Below are positions 59,386 through 64,000 of a DNA stretch of 64,000 bases, in pieces. Numbering within the stretch: position 1 is the first letter of the stretch; every line of letters starts with the position of its first letter. The notes beneath the pieces are model-generated. The model had not been told where the DNA came from. It did no database searches and worked only from the letters and a program-made list of their open reading frames with translations. The DNA is from Bacteroidota bacterium (GTDB lineage: Bacteria; Bacteroidota; Bacteroidia; Chitinophagales; Chitinophagaceae): assembly GCA_025362055.1 (NCBI GenBank), contig JANYIM010000183.1, positions 8,972 through 72,971 of the forward strand. The letters run 5' to 3'. The translations under genes and the position numbers were made by a program.

Positions 59386-60510
59386 ATGATCATTGCAGTT
59401 AATACCAGACATTTATCAGACAATGACCCCGATGGCAGGGGTGAATTTATTTTTGAGTGTTTTTCACGCCTGGCCATACAGTACACGCAGCACCAGTTCA
59501 TTTATATTTTTGATAAGCCGTATGACAAAAAATTCATCACGTCAAAAAATATCCTGCCAGTTGTAACCGGCCCCAAAACAAGATCGCCCTTACGCTGGCA
59601 GTATTGGTACAATTATAAAGTACCTGCGATCCTTAAAAAATATAAGGCCGATGTTTTTGTAAGCACAGATGGTATCTGTTCCCTGCGCACGAAAGTTGCA
59701 CAGTGCCTGCTTTTACATGATATGGGTTTTTTACTCCATCCCCAATTCTTTATCAAAAGTCATCTTCGTTTTTATAAAAAATTCACGCCCAAATTTTTGA
59801 TCAGGGCAAAGAGCGTTGCAATAGTCTCGGAACTTTTACAAAAAGATATCATTAACGGGTATACAACCGATCCCGGGAAGATCAACCTGGTATACAAAGC
59901 TGCAAACGATCTTTTTCAGCCAGCCAGTGAGAAAGAGAAAGTATCCATCAAAGAAAAATATACCGAAGGAAAAGAATATTTTTTATACAGTGGCCCCATC
60001 GCGCCCGGCAAGAACCTGCTGAATCTCCTTAAAGCGTTTTCTTTCTTTAAAAAAAGGCAGAAAAGTAATATGCAATTACTGATAGCCGGTAAAGCAGCTC
60101 CAGGTTATCATCAGTTTATGGATGACCTGGGAACATTTAAATTCCGCAATGAAGTAAAAGTATTGAGTGATCTTTCAAAAAATGAACTGGCAAAAATTAC
60201 TGCAGCCGCCTATGCATTGGTTGATGCTGTTTTGTTGGAAGGTTTTACTACCCCGGCCATGGAAGCAATGCAATGTGATGTCCCGGTAATTGTAGGTAGG
60301 GCAGCAACACTACCCCGATCAATTCTTGCTGCAACATTGCAAACCGATCCAGGAGATTTTAAAGATATCGCAGATAAGATGATGTTATTGTTCAAAGACG
60401 AGCATAAACGCAATGAGCTCATACAGGTAGGAAAGGGGGCAGTACAGCAATACGACTGGGATAGAACAGCGGCCCAGCTATGGCAAGCTATCTCCGAAGC
60501 GATTAAATAA
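59386..60510 (+). CDS. Glycosyltransferase family 4
   Basis: IAVNTR, LHD, KNL, EGF..P..EAM..VPVI, YDW..TA motifs. Confidence 0.85.
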   Translation: MIIAVNTRHLSDNDPDGRGEFIFECFSRLAIQYTQHQFIYIFDKPYDKKFITSKNILPVVTGPKTRSPLRWQYWYNYKVPAILKKYKADVFVSTDGICSLRTKVAQCLLLHDMGFLLHPQFFIKSHLRFYKKFTPKFLIRAKSVAIVSELLQKDIINGYTTDPGKINLVYKAANDLFQPASEKEKVSIKEKYTEGKEYFLYSGPIAPGKNLLNLLKAFSFFKKRQKSNMQLLIAGKAAPGYHQFMDDLGTFKFRNEVKVLSDLSKNELAKITAAAYALVDAVLLEGFTTPAMEAMQCDVPVIVGRAATLPRSILAATLQTDPGDFKDIADKMMLLFKDEHKRNELIQVGKGAVQQYDWDRTAAQLWQAISEAIK

Positions 60511-60554
60511 GAAAGAGCTTAACTTTGCAGCCGCCCATCTGCTAAACAAAATAT

Positions 60555-60899
60555 ATGAATCAATCAACAATAAAGATCGACGTACTGCTGGATCCCAATA
60601 AAGTTCCCGAACAGATCAACTGGGTAGCCAGCGACAGTACCGCCGAAATGGTACAAAAAGCCAAAGCCATGTGTATCGCTTTTTGGGATGGTGCCGATAA
60701 AACAGCCATGCGTATTGACCTGTGGACAAAAGATATGATGGTAGATGAAATGGCCGACTTTTATTACCAGATGCTGATGAGTATGGCAGATACTTTTAAG
60801 AGAGCAACGCAACAGGAAGGAATGAGTGATGACATGAAAAAATTTGCCAGGGAGTTTTTTGATAAATTCAGGGCGATACAGTTGAAGGAGCAGGCTTAG
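60555..60899 (+). CDS. gldC: Gliding motility protein GldC
   Basis: LDPNKVPEQINW, RIDLWTKDM, MADTFKRAT; -7 element TAACTTTG at 60520. Confidence 0.93.
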   Translation: MNQSTIKIDVLLDPNKVPEQINWVASDSTAEMVQKAKAMCIAFWDGADKTAMRIDLWTKDMMVDEMADFYYQMLMSMADTFKRATQQEGMSDDMKKFAREFFDKFRAIQLKEQA

Positions 60900-61034
60900 C
60901 CGCAAAAATACAAGCTGTAAGGGGCAAGTCTGATGACCCGGATCCCTTTGTTTTAAGAGAAGCTTTGAGTTTGTATGCTTCTCCCTTGTAGCTGATAGCT
61001 ATTTAAACCCGTATAAATTTAAAAACATAATACC

Positions 61035-61487
61035 ATGAGTTTAGAACAACAAATAATGACCGAAATGAAAGATGCAATGAAAGCCAGGGATGAAGGGCTG
61101 CTGCGTGCGTTACGTGCTATTAAAGCAGAAATAATAAAAGCGAAGACAGAACCCGGTGCCGGCGGTGAAATTGATGAAGCTACTGAACAGAAATTTTTAC
61201 AAAAGATGATGAAGCAACGCAGGGATTCGCTGGAGATATTTGAAAAGCAAGGCCGTACAGACCTTGCTGCTAAAGAAAAAGAAGAGATGGCTGTGATAGA
61301 AAAGTTTCTTCCCAAACAATTAGATGCCGGAGAATTGAAAGGTATCATTGAAAGGATCATTTCCGAAACGGGCGCTTCTTCCCCTGCCGATATGGGCAAA
61401 GTAATGGGCGTTGCCAGCAAACAATTAGCCGGACTGGCAGATGGAAAAACTATCAGCAATTTGGTAAAAGAATTACTGAGTAAATAA
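61035..61487 (+). CDS. GatB/YqeY domain protein
   Basis: MKDAMKA, KQRRDS, GRTDLA, FLPKQL, DMGKVMG motifs. Confidence 0.94.
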   Translation: MSLEQQIMTEMKDAMKARDEGLLRALRAIKAEIIKAKTEPGAGGEIDEATEQKFLQKMMKQRRDSLEIFEKQGRTDLAAKEKEEMAVIEKFLPKQLDAGELKGIIERIISETGASSPADMGKVMGVASKQLAGLADGKTISNLVKELLSK

Positions 61488-61575
61488 TAACAACTACCTT
61501 TTTGAAAAAATATTCCTCACCAATTAATTATACTCTTTAAGGCCTTCCTTTGGGGGGAGGTTTGGAGAAGGCTTT

Positions 61576-62115
61576 ATGCTAATCGACTTCATCTTCGCTG
61601 TTATCATTGTCATCGCCTGCATCAAAGGTTATCAACGGGGTTTGATCCTGGCCGTTTTTTCCATCATTGCATTTATCATTGGACTTGCTGCTGCTTTAAA
61701 ATTATCAACCGTTGTGGCAGACCATATGAAAGATAGCATCAGCGTCTCTGCCAAATGGTTACCATTTATTTCTTTTGTGGTGGTATTTTTTGTGGTGATA
61801 TTATTGGTGCGTTGGGGTGGAAAACTCATCGAGAAAACATTCCAGGTGGTATTACTGGGCTGGCTGAACCGTATTGGCGGAATAGTTTTCTTTGCAACCC
61901 TTTATATCATCATTTTCAGCATATTTTTATTTTATGCCGAAAAGTTACAGTTACTGAAACCTTCGGTAATTGATTCTTCCTTAACCTATCATTTTGTGCA
62001 GCCCTGGGGTCCCAAGGTGATCGATGGATTTGGAAATATTATCCCCGTTTTTAAAGATATGTTTGCCCAATTGGAGGATTTTTTCAGCGGCCTGTCCAAC
62101 AAAATACCTCATTAA
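61576..62115 (+). CDS. CvpA family protein
   Basis: IDFI..GYQRGLI, LNRIGG; four TM segments. Confidence 0.9.
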   Translation: MLIDFIFAVIIVIACIKGYQRGLILAVFSIIAFIIGLAAALKLSTVVADHMKDSISVSAKWLPFISFVVVFFVVILLVRWGGKLIEKTFQVVLLGWLNRIGGIVFFATLYIIIFSIFLFYAEKLQLLKPSVIDSSLTYHFVQPWGPKVIDGFGNIIPVFKDMFAQLEDFFSGLSNKIPH

Positions 62116-62206
62116 TTTCAGGCATTCTCTTATTTAACGTAATTTTAGCCTGATTCGTTATTTTAGCATATTACTTTGAGGGTTAATAAAACAACAGCTT
62201 CCCGGG

Positions 62207-62983
62207 ATGAGTTACGAAATAAAACTAGACGGAAAATTTAAATTCATAGAAGAAGGCGAGGGTGAGCCATTGCTGCTGTTACATGGATTATTTGGGGCTC
62301 TGAGTAATTTCAGGTTCATTATAGAACATTTTCGCAAGACAAATAAGGTTATTGTCCCCTTCCTGCCACTACTTGAACTGGACCTGCTGCATACATCTGT
62401 TGGCGGACTGCAAAAATTTGTACAGCGTTTTATTGAGCACCGTGATTACAACGATATCCATTTGCTGGGTAATTCACTGGGTGGCCATGTGGCGCTGGTA
62501 CATGTTTTAAAAAATCCTGAACGCATTAAATCGATCACACTTACCGGCAGCTCGGGTTTATTCGAGAATGGCATGGGTGATACTTATCCAAAAAGGGGTG
62601 ATAAAGAATATATCCGTAAAAAAACGGAGCTTACTTTTTACGACCCTGCCATGGCAACAGAAGACCTGGTGAATGAAGTGTTTGAGATCACCAACAACCG
62701 GATGAAAGTAATCAAGATCATCGCATTGGCAAAAAGCGCCATACGTAATAATTTGGGAGAAGAGCTGAACCAGATACAACAACCAACCTGTCTTATTTGG
62801 GGTAATAACGATACCATCACACCACCCTTTGTTGGTAAAGAATTTAACCGGCTGATCCCGAACAGCGAATTACATTTTGTTGATAAATGCGGCCATGCGC
62901 CAATGATGGAAGTGCCGGAAGAGTTTAACAGGATATTATCCGGTTTTTTGGCTAACTTAAGATATCCTGCTGCAACGGTTTGA
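62207..62983 (+). CDS. Alpha/beta fold hydrolase
   Basis: LHGLFG, GNSLGG, WGNND, CGHAP motifs. Confidence 0.93.
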   Translation: MSYEIKLDGKFKFIEEGEGEPLLLLHGLFGALSNFRFIIEHFRKTNKVIVPFLPLLELDLLHTSVGGLQKFVQRFIEHRDYNDIHLLGNSLGGHVALVHVLKNPERIKSITLTGSSGLFENGMGDTYPKRGDKEYIRKKTELTFYDPAMATEDLVNEVFEITNNRMKVIKIIALAKSAIRNNLGEELNQIQQPTCLIWGNNDTITPPFVGKEFNRLIPNSELHFVDKCGHAPMMEVPEEFNRILSGFLANLRYPAATV

Positions 62984-63061
62984 TAAAAATATTTGTCCTT
63001 ATACTATACACTGGTATTTCCCGTTATTGTTTTTAGTTACAGATTAAAGTAAACACACTTT

Positions 63062-63724
63062 ATGTTAACAATAGAATTGATCAATAACAATATTCCCCGT
63101 TTACAGCTACAGGACACCGTAAGCAAGGCACTGCAACTGATGAACGACTTCAGGGTAACTCACCTGCCCGTGGTAACTGAAGATAAATACCTTGGCCTGA
63201 TCAGTGAAGAAGACCTCCTGGATACCGAGATCGAAAAAATGCCTATCGAATTAATGCAAGAAACTTTTATTGATGCTGCCGTTTACGAAAATGAACATTT
63301 TCTGAACGCCGTTAAATGCAGTAACCAGTTTGATACTACAGTGGTCCCGGTCATCAACGAAGAAAAAGAATTACAAGGTGTAATTACCACCAATGAATTA
63401 CTGAAAGCCCTGGGTAATTTTGCAGGCACCAATGAAATAGGCGGTATAATCGTGTTAGAGATGGAACGCAGCCAGTTTGCCATATCAGAGATCAGCCGCA
63501 TAGTGGAGAGCAATGATGCAACGATACTTCATTTGAATACCACCGTTCATGCAGATACGGGTATGCTCACAGTTACCATTCACATTAATAAAAAAGAGAT
63601 CTCTGCAATAGTGGCAACCTTTGAGCGGTACGACTTCGATGTCATCTATTATTTTGGTAACGAGAATTTCGAGAACGAGATACACAGCAACTACCGCCAC
63701 CTGATGAATTACCTTGATATTTAA
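63062..63724 (+). CDS. CBS domain protein
   Basis: CBS pair (HLPVV..YLGLISEEDL), ISRIVESN, ATFERYDF. Confidence 0.9.
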   Translation: MLTIELINNNIPRLQLQDTVSKALQLMNDFRVTHLPVVTEDKYLGLISEEDLLDTEIEKMPIELMQETFIDAAVYENEHFLNAVKCSNQFDTTVVPVINEEKELQGVITTNELLKALGNFAGTNEIGGIIVLEMERSQFAISEISRIVESNDATILHLNTTVHADTGMLTVTIHINKKEISAIVATFERYDFDVIYYFGNENFENEIHSNYRHLMNYLDI

Positions 63725-63785
63725 TGGCCGCTTTATCTTCTACGGCAGATCATATTAATTACCGTTGAAGCAAAGTGATAAAGTA

Positions 63786-64000
63786 ATGACCAAACTTAAA
63801 AAAATATTTTGCTGTAATCTTTTACTCCTTAGCTCTTTATTTTCCCTTGCTCAAAAAAATGTTCGCCTGGATATTATCATCACTGGCATTTCATCCCCTT
63901 TAAAAGATTCATCACAGAAAGCCTGCGTAAAAGAGATCATCGTAAAAGGTGCTAAAAAAACAAAGCCCTATATCATATTGCGTGAAATACAATTCAAAAA
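63786..64000 (+). CDS. Partial CDS: exported POTRA-domain (BamA/TamA-like) protein, 3'-truncated by the window
   Basis: Open from ATG 63786 to the window end: MTKLKKIFCCNLLLLSSLFSLAQ...EIIVKGAKKTKPYIILREIQFK. Confidence 0.65.
   Translation, partial: MTKLKKIFCCNLLLLSSLFSLAQKNVRLDIIITGISSPLKDSSQKACVKEIIVKGAKKTKPYIILREIQFK

Noticed and set aside
60900-61020. Minus-strand TATTTTTG at 60910-60903 as an antisense promoter into gldC
   Set aside because: A single 8-mer in AT-rich DNA next to degenerate repeats; not distinguishable from chance.

Overview
Bacteroidota chromosomal DNA, most likely Chitinophagaceae, judged from TAnnTTTG -7 promoter elements, gldC, a T9SS C-terminal domain and Bacteroidota-type intergenic repeats. 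I saw no rRNA, tRNA, CRISPR array, transposase or prophage. About 29-64 kb is mostly housekeeping: ABC exporter, atpBEFH, mreBCD-mrdA-rodA, purD, POT transporter, DUF1800/DUF1501, alkB, serS, PPIase, gcvH, murA, gmk, gldC. The notable part is a ~21.5 kb island (7.7-29.1 kb) that looks like a phosphate-starvation regulon. It holds Pit + DUF47, an OprO/P-like porin, two TonB-dependent receptors, three phosphatase families, a PlcP/LpxH-like phosphoesterase, two paralogous glycosyltransferases, a GH1 glycosidase and a PhoR/PhoB-like pair. Nine arrays of a TAAC-core direct repeat with exact 11-bp periodicity sit in its intergenic regions; these are candidate Pho boxes. Two of the arrays precede short terminator-ended units with no convincing ORF (candidate sRNAs), and one precedes an unannotated 33-aa ORF coupled to the PlcP-like gene. 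Two genes each carry a single-base frameshift, and serS carries an in-frame palindromic repeat insertion. All family assignments come from motifs read by eye; no searches were run.
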